From assembly GCF_009914755.1 (NCBI RefSeq), contig NC_060939.1: DNA of 64,000 nucleotides; one strand, written 5' to 3'. The stretch comes from the human T2T-CHM13v2.0 reference genome, Homo sapiens. Both the position numbers and the translations under genes were made by a program. Below, piece after piece: positions 28,159-44,255 of the stretch; the first letter of the stretch is position 1; the number at the start of each line of letters is the position of its first letter. Below the pieces are notes generated by a model. That model worked only from the letters and a program-made list of their open reading frames with translations, was not told the origin of the DNA and ran no database searches.

Positions 28159-30306
28159 TAGCAAAAATTTAGTAAAGTTATTCAGTGGGGGCCTACACTG
28201 TTTGAATAATAATACCTAGTAATTTATCACTGATTTAGCTGTTCAATTGTTTCTTGCCTTAAAATCCATTTCCATAGTTCCATATTGATGCTTTGTATTC
28301 TTCATAAAGACATAGAACACTCTGACTTGTTTTGGTTAACAAAGACTAAGTAGAAAATTTCAGTACTTTCAGTTAAGATGAAGTTAAGCTAAAACCTTAA
28401 TGATCCAAATTGTTCATCTTCGTTTCTACATAAAACTAAGAATCACCAACTTCATTCTTGTTTGTTTTAATTTCTTGATCTGGGTTTGCTTTTTTGCCTG
28501 GTGTTGAATAGATTTCTGTCTCCAGATCACACCATTCTACTGTAGCTACATGTGAGATACCACAGTGCAACATGTAAACAGAATCCACCATTTTTTTCCC
28601 CATTTTCCTTCTCCTTCATCCCAGTCTCTCACAGAGCTAAGGTTTGTAGAACTGCTCAAAAACGATATCAAGAAAGTCTTGTGCCGGGCACTGTGGCTCA
28701 CTCCTGTAATCCCAGCACTTTGGGAGGCTGAGGCGGGAGGATCGGTTGAGCCCAGGAGTTCGAGACCAGCCTGGGAAACATGGTGAAACCCCATCTCTAC
28801 AAAAAACACAAAAATTAGCTGAGCATGGTGACACACGCTTGTAGTCCCAGCTACTCAGGAGGCTGAGCCTGAATCCACCTTGAGCCCAGGAAGGTCAAAA
28901 CTGCAGTGAGGTATGACTGCACGCTGCACTCCAGCCTGGGCGACAGAGTGAGACTCTATCTCAAAAAAAGAAAAAAAAGTCTTGCATATGTAGTATTCAA
29001 AATTGTTATGCTCCCAAACCAGTACCTGGCAAGCAAAGTTTCATTGGTTTTCATTGTTTAGCATGACATCTCTGTCTCCCTTCCCTTTTCTTGTACTGTT
29101 TCCTCTTGTTGGATATTGATGATTGAGCTGAAATGACTGGTGCAGTACATCTCTGACTCTGCTCTCTCCAGATGTGGAGCTGTTGAATTGCAGACTCTGC
29201 ATTGAGCACCATCAAGAGAGGAGTATCATGCCATAACCCACTTACAGCTTGGAGTTTGCAGTCTTGGCCTCCAAGCTCACTGGCAGACACAGATTCCCAT
29301 AAAAACCAAGCATGTGGAAAGGCAAAAGGAAAGGAAAGACTTAATTTTCATATATGATTTTATATATATTTAAAATATTAAATATGTTCTTTTAAGTATT
29401 TCCCCATATTTCCATCACATCTACTAATTGGCTTACTTGGATTTATACTAATACATTTGTACTAATAATTCTTGGTCTTTGGATCACTGTTTATATATGG
29501 ATTGGTTTAATAGCTAACAGTAAACCCCAGGATAATAGTGGCTTTCATGAAATAGAAACTTATTTTTTATTTCGCATAATGGAAGTCTGGGTATAGGTAA
29601 TGCAGGACTGGTATGATAGCTTCTCAGTCCTCAGTGACCCAGGATCCTTCCAGTTTAACTTTTTGCCAACCCTAGAGTGATCCATATCTTCATAATTCAA
29701 TATAGCTGCTAGAGCTCCAGCCATTCTGGCTGAATTCCAGAAAGGGAAGGACGAAGGAAGAAGTAAGGAGATACATCAGCTGTCTTTTAACTTTTCCTGG
29801 AAGCTGCCATATACACTTGTACTTACATCTCATTGAATGTAGTGGTTTTTTTTTTTTTTTTTTGAGACAGAGTCTCACTCTGTTACCCAGGCTGGAGTGG
29901 AATGGCGAGATCTTGGCTCACTGCAACCTCGCCTCCCCTGTTCAAGTGATTCTCCTGCCTCAGCCTCCTATGTAGCTGGGATTACAGGCACCCACCACCA
30001 TCCATCCCTGGCTAATTTTTGTATTTTTAATAAAGACAGGGTTTCACCATGTTGGCCAGGCTTGTCTCGAACTCCTGACCTCAAGTGATCTGCCTGCCTC
30101 GGCCTCCCAAAGTGCTGGAATTACAGGCGTGAGCCACCGCACCCAGCCTGAAAATGTAGTCTTTGTTTTGAATGACCTTGTACCCAGCCGAAAATCATGG
30201 ATCTGTTAAGGAAGAAAGGGAGAACGGATATTATGGTGGGCAACAAGCAGCTGTTGCAAATCTGTTTCTTGCAGATTGTTGTTAAACGATATTATGGCTG
30301 ATGTGA

Positions 30307-30606
<300 letters not shown>

Positions 30607-31640
30607 TAAAACCTATTAATTAGTATCCCCTGCAACTACCTATGAACCTGGCTAATGGTAATAACCGTGAAATATCCTTAGTTGATTTTCTGAGTAGCTG
30701 TGCTGTATTTTCTAAGTAGCTACAATGCTGTTTGAATTTCAGCTATATAAAGAGCCACCGTGAGAGACAGGCAAACAGAACTGAAATTGCTTAGCCTGCA
30801 ACTGAGGTACATTTTCTTCAGCACCATCGGCCAATTCTTTTCTGTTCATAGCCAAGGTTAACATGTCTCAGAAGGAAGCACATATCTTTGAGGGGGTTTT
30901 GAGGGCTTATTTTATAGTGCTAGCAGTACAGTACCACCCTGGCAAAGAATGATTTTCCTCTACTGGCAGGTCAGCAGGGCGCATTAATTCACACTTGCTT
31001 AGAGGAGAACATTAGCACTGATTTCAAGTTCTGAGTGCTGTCATATATGGGAGGGATTAGATTTACGCTCTGAACTCAGGAATACAGAACTGTGACCACT
31101 AAGTGGAAGGTACCCGAAGACAGATTTTAACTCAATATGAGGCAGAAGTACCTTGAAGTTAATGAGTCCTAAAAGACTGATGGCTTTCGGAGCTTGAGAG
31201 CTCTTTGTTACAGAAAATATTCAAGTAGAGGCTGGTTGATTGTGGTCAGGAAGAAGACGTTCCTGTAGTGTGAGAAGTGGAACTAAATTCTCTCCTAGCT
31301 TCTTCCAGTTGTATGATTCCATGAATTTTCTTCTATGAAATTGTTCTGTTTTGGCCACATGGAAATAAAAGTGCTAGTTATCCCTAGAATAATTTTGTTA
31401 TTACCACCAAATGTTTATTATTTTATTTATAGGAGCTACAATTAAATATATGAATTGGAGAACTTGTAAAGATAAAAATGAATTTTCTTTCTTAGTCTTT
31501 GGACTATTAAAATATGGTATTTGAATATTTCATCAATGTTTAACCTCGCATCATTCCCTGAAGGAATGTATTGTTATTTAACATACCATTGAGGATGTTA
31601 ATATTTAGCACCTAATATGAAAAGCATCTGAGCCTTTTAA

Positions 31641-31955
<315 letters not shown>

Positions 31956-32657
31956 TGAAGTGCTGGGATTACAGGCAAGAGCCACCAGGCCTAGCCTCAT
32001 GATGCCTTTTTACCCCTTTATTATTTCCATTTTTTTGGAAATTAAAAAAAATGACAGAATGAGACAGAGGCTCACTCTGTTGCCTAGGCCGGGGTGAAGT
32101 GGTGTGATCGTAGCTCACTACAGCCTCCTGGGCTCAGGTGAGCCCCCTGCCTCGACCTCCTGAGCAGCTAGGACTATGGGCATGTGCCACCATGCCCAGC
32201 TCATTTTTTTATTTAAAAAATTTTTTTAGAGATGGGTCCTCAGTATGTTGCCCAGACTGGTCTGGAACTCCTGGCCTCAAGCAGTCCTCTTGCCTTGACC
32301 TGCCAAAGCTCTGGAATTACAGGTGTGAGCCGCTGCCTGGTTGCCCTTTTATTATTTCAGTGTATATATCCTAAGAACAAGGATATTCTCTTATAAATAA
32401 CTTTAATACAATGTATCATCAATGAAATATTTTTTAATATTCAATTTTCAACGTGCCATTATTTCCTTTATAGCAACCCTTTTCCAGTCTAGTGTCTTTT
32501 TTTTTCTAATTACATGTTTTTTAACTAAAAAAAATTGTTGTGTATATTTAAGGTATACAACAAGATGTTTATATTTTGATATATATATACATAGTGAAAT
32601 AGTTACTGTATTCAAGCAGGTTAACATATGTATCATCTCACAGGTATTTGTGTGTGT

Positions 32658-32697
<40 letters not shown>

Positions 32698-33707
32698 CAA
32701 GAACACCTGAAAATGTACTCTTTTAGCAAAAATCCCAAATACAATACAATATTATTGACTGCAGTCCTCATGCTATACATTAGACATCTGGTCTTGTTCA
32801 TTCTCCATATCAGCAATTTGTATCTTTTGACCTGCATCTCCCCATTTCCTCCTCTTCCGCCCCACCTTTGGCAACCACCATTTTATTCTCTATGTTTTTG
32901 ACTTTCTTTCTTTTCTTTTTTTTTTTAGACAGAGTCTTGCTCTGTCGCCCAGGCTGGAGTGCAGTGGTGCAGTCTCGGCTGACTGCGACCTATTCTTCGC
33001 AAGTTCAAGTGATTCTCATACCTCAGCCCCGCGGGTAGCTGGGATTGTAGATGTGCACCACCAGGCCCAGCTAATTTTTGTATTTTTAGTAGAGATGGAG
33101 TTTCATGGTGTTGGCCAGGCTGGTCTCAAACTACTGACCTCAAGTAATCCACCCGCCTCGGCCTGCCTTCCTCCCTCCCTCCCTCCCTCCTTTCCTTCCT
33201 TCCTTCCTTCCTCCCTCCTTCTCTCTTTCTCTCTTTCTTTCCTTTCTTTCTCTTTCTTTTCTTTCTTCCTTTCTTTCCTTTCCCTTCCCTTCCCTTCCCT
33301 TCCTTTCCCTTCCCCTCCCCTCCCCTTCCCTTCTTCCTTCCTTTTCTTTTTTTAGATTCCACATATGAGATCGTGCAGTATTTTTCTTTCTGTATCTGTC
33401 TTATTTCACTTAGCATAATGTCCTCCATTTTTATCCATTTGTGACAAATGGCAGGCTCTCCTTTTTTGTAAAGCTGAATAATATTCATCATTTGTATATA
33501 TACACAATTTCTTTATTCACTAATTTTTTGATGGACACACTTCAGTTGTTTCCATATCTTGGCTATTGTAAATAATGGTGCAGTGAACAGGGGAGTGCAG
33601 ATATCTTTATGAGGCAGTAATTTAATTTCTTTTGGGAATATACCCAGTAGTGAGATTGCTGGGTCGTATGGTAGTTCTATTTTAAATTTCTTTAGTAACC
33701 TCTATAC

Positions 33708-33928
33708 CAAGCTTGTCCAACCCACATCCCGCAGGCCACATGCGACCCAGGATGGCTTTGAATGCAGCCTAACCCAAATTCGTAAACTTTCTTAAAACAT
33801 TATGAGATTTTTTTGTGATTTTTTTTTTTTAAATCACTCATCAGCTATCATTAGTGTTAGTGTATTTGTATTGCCCAAGACAATTCTTTCAGTGTGGCCC
33901 AAGGAAGCTGAAAGTTTGGATACCCCTG
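33708..33928. mobile_element. MER30-like hAT MITE with 8-bp TSD (ctctatac/ccctatac) inserted in L1MA
   Basis: caagcttgtccaacc...gcccaagacaattctt...gaagctgaaagtttggatacccctg. An 8-bp TSD is typical of hAT elements. Confidence 0.8.
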
Positions 33929-34954
33929 CCCTATACTGTTTTCCACTATGGCTGCCCCATCCTGCATTCCCACCAACAGTGTACAAGTGTTCCCCTTTCT
34001 TCACACCCTCGCTAATGCTTGTACTCGTTTGTCTTTTTGATAATAGCCATCCTAACAGGTGTGAGGTGATAACTCATTGTGGTTTTAATTTGTATTTTTC
34101 CTATAATTAGTGATGTTGGCCCTTCAGGTTCTAATCCAGAATTACACATCGTATTTAGTTGTCATGTTTCTTTATTTAGTCTCTATTAATCTGGATCAGT
34201 TTCTCAGTGATGTTGACCTTTTTAAAGAATACCAGCCAGCCAGCATTTTGTAGACTATCCCTAGTTTAGATTTGTTTGCTTCATTTTTTTTTTTTTTTTT
34301 TTGAGACGAGTCTTGCTCTGTCGCCGAGGCTGGAGTGCAGTAGCACAATCTCAGCTCACTGCAACGTCCGCTTCCTGGGTTCAAGCAATTCTCCCTGCCT
34401 CAGCCTCCCGAGTAGCTGGGACTACAGGTGTGCGCCACCATACCCAGCTAATTTTTGTATTTTTAGTAGAGACAGGGTTTCGCCGTGTTGGCCAGGCTGG
34501 CTCGAACTCCTGACCTCAGGTGATCCATCCGCCTTGGCCTCCCAAAGTGCTGGGATTACTGGCATGAGCCACCGTACCAGGCCTGTTTGCTTCATCTTGA
34601 TATAATTTAGGTTGTGTATTTTGGTATTCTTTAAAAATGTCAAGAAGTGATGTTGTGCCCTGCTCAGGGTATCTTTTCAGAAGTTACGTGATGTTGTTTC
34701 TCCCAGTATGGGTGACGTGAGATTTGATCACTTGGTTAAAGGGGTATATGACAGTCTTCTCCATTGTAATAGTTCCTTTTTCCTTTTTGTAATTAAAAAG
34801 TAATCTCTAGGGAGAAACTAGAAACTCACCTGTTCCCCATCATACTTTCATCCCAGAGGTTTTAGCATCTATTAATAATTTTTGCCTGAATCAACCATTA
34901 CTAGATACTATAGAATTTGATACAGCATTTTAAAAAAATTGTTAACTGTTGTGA

Positions 34955-35098
<144 letters not shown>

Positions 35099-37272
35099 AG
35101 GGAGCTGGGACAAGGTCCTAAAAGACAGTTTTGCCAGTGGGGCTAGGAGCCGGATACCTCTGTAGCCAGGCCATCGCTGCATTCAGGATTGTTCCATCCA
35201 TGGCGTGCATGTGCCAAGAAATGTGTTTTTATGGGTCTAAATGTTTACCTTGAGTCTTGAAAATACTCTTTTGTTAAAAGTATGAAATACAGTTTTTACC
35301 AGTTTATTTCACTTCTCTAAATTCAATGGAAATCCCCCGCCCTGGATTTTGAAAGGCTTTTATCTTCTTCATTTTACGAATGGAAAGACGACAATTTTTC
35401 TTCAATGCTTGATGCACTAATGAAGACTGTTTACTATTTTGAAAAATGTCATGGGGATTTTTTTTTAATTAAGAAACTAATGAATCATCACAGGAATGTG
35501 TTGCTCCTCACCCTAAATTAAGAGAATGTCCCAGTAGATTAGACTTCAACCTTTGAGTCCAATTTGGATTTTATTATCGTTGTCTATGCACTTCTTATAT
35601 TGGTTATCTTCTTGTAAATCTTCTGTCTTTTGTAAGGGGAAAGGATTTAACATTTAGAATAAACCCCACCATTTATGTAATGGAAATAGTTTAAAAATTG
35701 CTAACTGCCATGTGGATTGCAAATTAAATGGAAACTTATTTAGATAACGTAAGGCTCAATATCTGCGTTGACCACCTAGATATTACAGGTTTTAATATTT
35801 AAAACTATTTTTGAATTATCCACAACCTGTATAGTGATAGCCATATATTTAATAATGGAATGGTGGTTAACAGTCTATTTACTGCACAATTAATTGTTCA
35901 CTAATCAAATAGAATGTGGTAATTTTTCAGACTTTATGATCTGTTTCCAAAATTGGCACAAAGTGCTAGGGTTTATATACACTTATCGTAACTGTATTTT
36001 TGTGCCTTGGTTTTATCATGTCAATGCACTGTACTCTGTAAAAGTTTTGCAGACAAAATAGAAAGTATGATAATCCGTCAGAAGTATGATGTAAAACTGG
36101 AATCCTCTGTATTTTTTAAATGTTCTAAAAATTTTATCGCTGTTAAGGTATTAATCATTCAGTATTACTAATGGAATAGAAATTCATACTTTTGTATGGA
36201 CAACAATTCAAATTGATATTGCATTTATAGCACTGTAAGAAACTTTCATCTTGAGCAACTTTGTAGATGATGGGTGTTTTATTTTCAATCGCCATATTTG
36301 ATCAGTCATTGAAAATTGGCCCCAGTGCTGTTTGTTCATCTCTGTATGTAAAAACTGACAGTGAGACACAACGTTCTGAACTGTGAGGGTGTCCCAGGAA
36401 AAAGAAAAACAGGAATACTTTAACAATTAAAAAGAAAAAAATGTTTTTTGTTTGCCAAGGACTCAGGAAAATAAAAAGCATTTTCTATTTTTAGGACAAA
36501 TCACAAATGAAGTGTCTAACTGGCTATTACTGTTTACCCATATAAAATATGCTGCTAAAGTACATATTTTGCTGTCAATGGCTTGACAATTTTTTTTTTC
36601 AAATTTGGACATGAGAGGTTATATAGGGACTATATTATCCAACACATATTTTCTTATTTTGCCACAAATTTCCACTTAACAAATAAAAAAAGGCGAATGC
36701 TGTTTTGCAATCAGAAAGTGAATTTCTTTTGTGGTAGCGTACACGTGGTTCATGTGGTTCTCCACGTTTAAGCACAAACCACAGCACAGGAAGCCACACC
36801 CCCTCCAGCATCTCTGTCTTGTGGGGTCTTTGAGGAGAAGGAATCAGAACATCGACACCTGGGAAGAGGGAGGCGGGGAACACCAGCTGGACTCTGGCCA
36901 AGGAGTGATGTAAGCAGGTGACACTTGGCTGTCAGCTGAGCTTCTCAGGTGCTTCTGACATTGCCAGCCCCTTGAGATGAGCCACCGCAGGTGTGCTCAC
37001 CTTGGCTACATGTTGAAATCATCCAGAGGAGTTGGGAAATCTACTGATGCCCCGCTGTGCCTCCCAGACCGATTAAGTCAGAACCTCTGGGAGGTGGGTC
37101 GCAGGCATCAGTGCGTGCCCGAGGCCTCCGCGTGTTTGGGTGTGCAGCCGAGGTGGTGAGCTGTCGAGCCACAGTGCAGTTCTCTTCTCACCAAAGCTCA
37201 AATGAGAATCAGCTTCCATGTTCTTTCCTTTACCAGAAATTTGCAATAAAAAGAAAAATAAAATTTTCACAT
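35099..37272 (+). other. FAM81A: FAM81A 3' UTR (~2.2 kb, AU-rich, nearly repeat-free)
   Basis: Follows the stop codon. AATAAA at 35658, 36470, 36682, 37245 and 37257. The end is inferred from the distal signals plus a GT-rich downstream element. Confidence 0.75.
36990..37165. mobile_element. Degenerate MER5-like MITE within the distal 3' UTR
   Basis: ccttggctacatgttgaaatcatcc...actgatgccc...cccagaccgattaagtcagaacctctggg...tgtgcagcc. Confidence 0.55.
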
Positions 37273-37292
37273 AAATGTGGTGTATGATTTTT
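37245..37292 (+). terminator. Probable distal polyadenylation site of FAM81A
   Basis: Tandem AATAAA (37245-37250, 37257-37262), CA at ~37270, then TGTGGTGTATGATTTTT. Confidence 0.65.
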
Positions 37293-38504
37293 AAATTGAA
37301 AAGTCTTTCAGTGTTGAGCTGAAGACTTAATTAGGTAAAATGCCATAGGAAATATTTCTGTTTGCTCTCTGTGGAAACGCTTTGATGGTTGAAATAAAGT
37401 GCTCAAGTCCTGGCAGCTCCTCTGACGACTGGAATGTCATTGGGAGCTGCTGGTCTGTGGGCTTCGGGGCTGTAGGGCCTTCTCTGCAGCCTTCTTGTCT
37501 CTTGGCAGTTCTCGGGTGTGTGCTGTGTGCCTGTGCTGTGTCCCCTGTGTATGTCAACTCTTTTCATTTTAACTAGTTGAGTTCAATACCATTTCCCCAT
37601 TTTACAGATGAGAAAACAGAGTCACCTAAAGGTTAAGCAACTTGCCCCAAGTCCTATAGCTGATAAATGGGAGCCATGATTCAAGCCAGGCCGCCTACTT
37701 CCGCACTCTGGGAGCCTTACCAGCATACCACACTACCTCCGAAGACATTTTGGCTTCCCACATAAGTGACTTGCTAGGCCACTGACATCAGCCATATCTA
37801 TATGAGCTTGGCCTCCTGCCATCTGACTACCCTCGCTTTTTAATGCCCCGATTCCAAATACGTAATGAGGCAATCTAATTAGCTTGTCAAACGTCTTCCC
37901 CTGGCTGTATCAATGTGGAGGCACCAGAGGTGGGGGGCAGTTGGTGCCACAGGACTTGTAGGATCACAGGCATTTCATCCCCTGCACTTGGGCTGTCCTA
38001 GGTCGTGGTCCCTGGCTGGCTCTGCACATCGGGAGATGGATTGTGTAGGGGAGTGTAGAGCAGAACAGAGAAGATGGCTCCGTTCAAGTTGTAATTATCC
38101 CACTAGGCTTTCAGGGGGAAAAAGAATCACAAAGCACTGTGACATCAGTCCCTTGCTCTGCCACACAGCCCTCCTGACAGGTTGTTTACAACACAGCAGC
38201 TTGCTTCCACCAGTACCAGTGAGAGAGAGGGTGAACGGGAAGGAAGCTAGTCTTTTGTAACCTAATCTCAGAAGTGACAAGCCACCACTTCCACTAGTCT
38301 CTTCATGAAAAGCAAGTCCAGCACACACACAGCGGGAGGGGATCACACAAGGGGCTGAACACCTGGGGATGGGGTCACTGGGGGACATTTTACCGACTTC
38401 CTGCTCCAGCCGGAATCTGGACTCTGAGTCTCAGTCAGGTGGGCCTGCAGTGCAGTGTCTACTCTATAAAAGGATACTGCTGAGGTCCTTTAGCTCTGGA
38501 TTTA

Positions 38505-38986
<482 letters not shown>

Positions 38987-39059
38987 TCAGAGGCTCTGAG
39001 ACGGACGCACCAAATTGCTTCAAGTCCTGCAGGTGATTGTAATGTAAAATCTGAGGCTT

Positions 39060-40165
<1,106 letters not shown>

Positions 40166-40227
40166 AAAGTGTCCGCAGACCAGCAGCATCTAGAGCAATA
40201 GTTACCTCACTCTTTCAACGTACAGCC

Positions 40228-40591
40228 TGATATAGTTTGGCTGTGTCCCCACCCAAATCTCATCTTGAATTGTAGCTCCCATCATTCCCATGTGTCTTGG
40301 GAGGGACCTGGTGGGAGGTAATTGAATCATGGGGGCCGGTTTTTCCCCTGTTGTTCTCGTGATAGGGAATAAGGCTCATGAGATCTGATGGTTTTATAAA
40401 GGGGAGTTCCCCTGCACACACACTCTTGGCTGATGCCATGTAAGACGTGACTTTGCTCCTCATGCGCCTTACGCCATGACTGTGAGGCCTCCCCAGCCAT
40501 GTGGAACTGTGAGTCCATTAAACCTCTTTCCTTTATAAATTACCCAGTCTCAGGTATGTATTTATTAGCAGCATGAGAACAGACTAATACA
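40228..40591 (+). mobile_element. Full-length THE1B-like MaLR solo LTR (364 bp) with 5-bp TSD CAGCC
   Basis: TGATATAGTTTGGCTGTGTCCCCACCCAAATCTCATC...AGACTAATACA; CAGCC at 40223-40227 and 40592-40596. Confidence 0.93.
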
Positions 40592-40761
40592 CAGCCCTAT
40601 CTACAGCTCTGCACCATCATCTGTCAGCCTAAAATGAGCTTTGGAGCTGGAAATCCTCTCCAGTCTCATTCCTACAATATTATGTCAGTTGTCCCTGTTA
40701 GAATAATTTCCTAGGTCTTTATTTTTAAGATTTTATCTTTAAGCAAGATGAATAAACTCTA

Positions 40762-40968
<207 letters not shown>

Positions 40969-41051
40969 TTAACCTGGGAGGCAGAGGTTGCAGTGAGCTG
41001 AGATCATGCCATTGCACTCCAGCCTGAGCGACAGAGCAAGACTCCATCTCA

Positions 41052-41082
<31 letters not shown>

Positions 41083-41669
41083 CACAACTCTAGAGATCTG
41101 CCGTATAACATTGCACCTATAGTCAACAGCCATGTGTTATACACTTAAAACTTCGTTAAGAGGGTAGATCTCATGTTACATGTCCTTACCACAATAAATT
41201 TTTTAAAAAAGATTTTTATCTCATCTGTCAGTTCTGATCAGTAGATAGAGGTGCCTGGAGCACTGTGTTGGGAAGGATTTGGTGGCTGGCACCGGATGCA
41301 GGGGGAAGAGCCAGCCCAAGGCCGATGGGGTGGTGTCTTGTGAACTGTGGGTCTGCCAGGCTTGCCCTAGGGCATCCTGGGCATGTGGGATGCCTGGCAA
41401 GGGCTTGTTGGCCAGGGGAGTCCAGGGATTCTGATGCTCCCTAGTGAGGGGCCCCTCGCAGGTCTGGGATGAAGGTGAGTCACAGTGAGGCATTCACCTT
41501 GATAAATTTAGAGGGGCACCAAATACTCTAAGATTACAATATTTTAATGTAATATTTTAAAAGATCACCATTAATACTAAAAAATTCCAGATGAACAGGG
41601 CCAGGCGCGGTGGCTCACACCTGTAATCCTAGCACTTTGGGAGGCCAAGGCGGGCGGATCACGAGGTCA

Positions 41670-41920
<251 letters not shown>

Positions 41921-42905
41921 CTAAAGACCAGATCTGACTGTGCTATGTGGTGTCATTTTGGAATTGAGGCAAAAGACAAAGTATTTCTCTCTATATACAT
42001 GTTTTTATGCAAAAATTGGACATATTTTTTGTGAGGGTTTTTTAATTTTGATTTTTAGAAATATTACATTAAAATATGATTTACTTGGTTATTGAGGTTT
42101 TGGTCTTCCCCTCTCCTTATCACTTTTTTTTTTTTTTTTTTTTTTAAAACAGGGTCTCCCTCTGTCACCCAGGCTGGAAGCTGTGGTGTGATCATAGCTC
42201 ATAGCTCATTACAGCCTCAGTCTCCTGAGTAGCTAGGATTACAGGTGTGCACCACCATGCCTGGCTAATTAAAATTAAAAAAAAAATTTGTAGATATGGG
42301 GTCTTACTATGTTGCCCAGGCAGGTCTTAACTCCTGGCCTCCAGGAATCCTCCCAACTCAGCCTCCCAAAATGCTGGGATTACTGGTGTGAGCCACCACA
42401 CCCGGCCTCTCCTTACCTTTTGCATTTGAGGCTGCTTTACCCTAATCCTGACCCTGCCCTGATATCTAGAAATTTGGAGCTAAATTCAGTGCTTAGTTTT
42501 TATAATTAGCTTATCTTGGGGGTATCTGATTGCTTTAGATGGTCTCTGGTCTGTTTTTATTTCTAATTACCATGCTTTGTTTAATTTTCAAACTTGTAGT
42601 TTAATTATTCTTTAAACCGACTTGGGCCACAGGTAAAGCAATGATCTGACTCTGAGCAGGTGTGACTCCTCTGAGACATGGAGGAAGAGAGGGCGGGGAG
42701 CGAAGATGTTTGCAGATTTCCAGCACTTAACTGCCAGCCGCCAGAGAAGTGCGAGGAGCTCTCCACAGCACTACCAGGCCCGCCCATGGGATTCACTGTC
42801 CTTTGCTGCCCCCACCTGGAGAGAATGAAAACTCCTAGGGAATCTGTTTCACTAGGGAGAACCCAGAACCAAGGAATGCCTCGGGAAAAGAGCCCTTGGA
42901 GATCA

Positions 42906-43285
<380 letters not shown>

Positions 43286-44094
43286 TAGCTAATTTTTGCA
43301 TTTTTAGCAGAGAGGGAGTTTTGCCATGTTGGCCAGGCTGGTCTGGAACTCCTGACCTCAAGTGATCTGCCTGCCTTAGCCTCTCAAAGTGCTGGGAATG
43401 CGGGTGTAAGCTACTGTGCCCGGCCAAAGATATATTTTTAAGCAAAAATTGTTTAAAGCTGATTTTAATGTTTAAAATGTACCTACATCTTGGCCTGGTG
43501 CTGTGGCTGACACCTGTAATCCCAGCACTTTGGGAGGCTAAGGCAAGCAGATCACTTGAACTCAGGAGTTCAATACCAGCCTGTGCAACAAGGTGAGATT
43601 TAGTCTTAGCTACTCTGGGGACTCAGGTGGGAGGCTCACTGAGCCCAGGAGGTCGAGGCTGCAGTAAGCTGAGACTACCCCAATGCACTCCAGCGTGGGT
43701 GGCAAAGTGAGACCTAGTTTCAAAAAATAAATAAATAAAAATAAAAGTTTACCTACATCTTATTAAATATGGTTTGTTTTTGGTTTTTTTTTGTTGTTGT
43801 TGCTTTTTGTTTGCTTGTTTGTTTGTTTTTTGAGATGGAGTCTTGCTCTGTTGCCAGGCTGGAGTGCAGTGGTGTGATCTCGGCTCACTGCAATCTCTGA
43901 CTCCCTGGTTCAAGCTATTCTCCTGCCTCAGCCTCCTGAGTAGCTGGGATTACAGGCATGTGCCAGTACGCCCAGATAATTTTTGTATTTTTAGTAGAGA
44001 CAGGGTTTCACTATGTTGGCTAGGATGATCTTGATCTCCTGATCTTGTGATTTGCCAGCCTCGGCCTCCCAAAGTGCTGGGATTACAGGCGTAA

Positions 44095-44255
<161 letters not shown>

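Noticed and set aside
30817-30835. REST/RE1-like TTCAGCACC
   Set aside because: Only the left half-site matches; the right half (GGACAG) and spacing do not fit.
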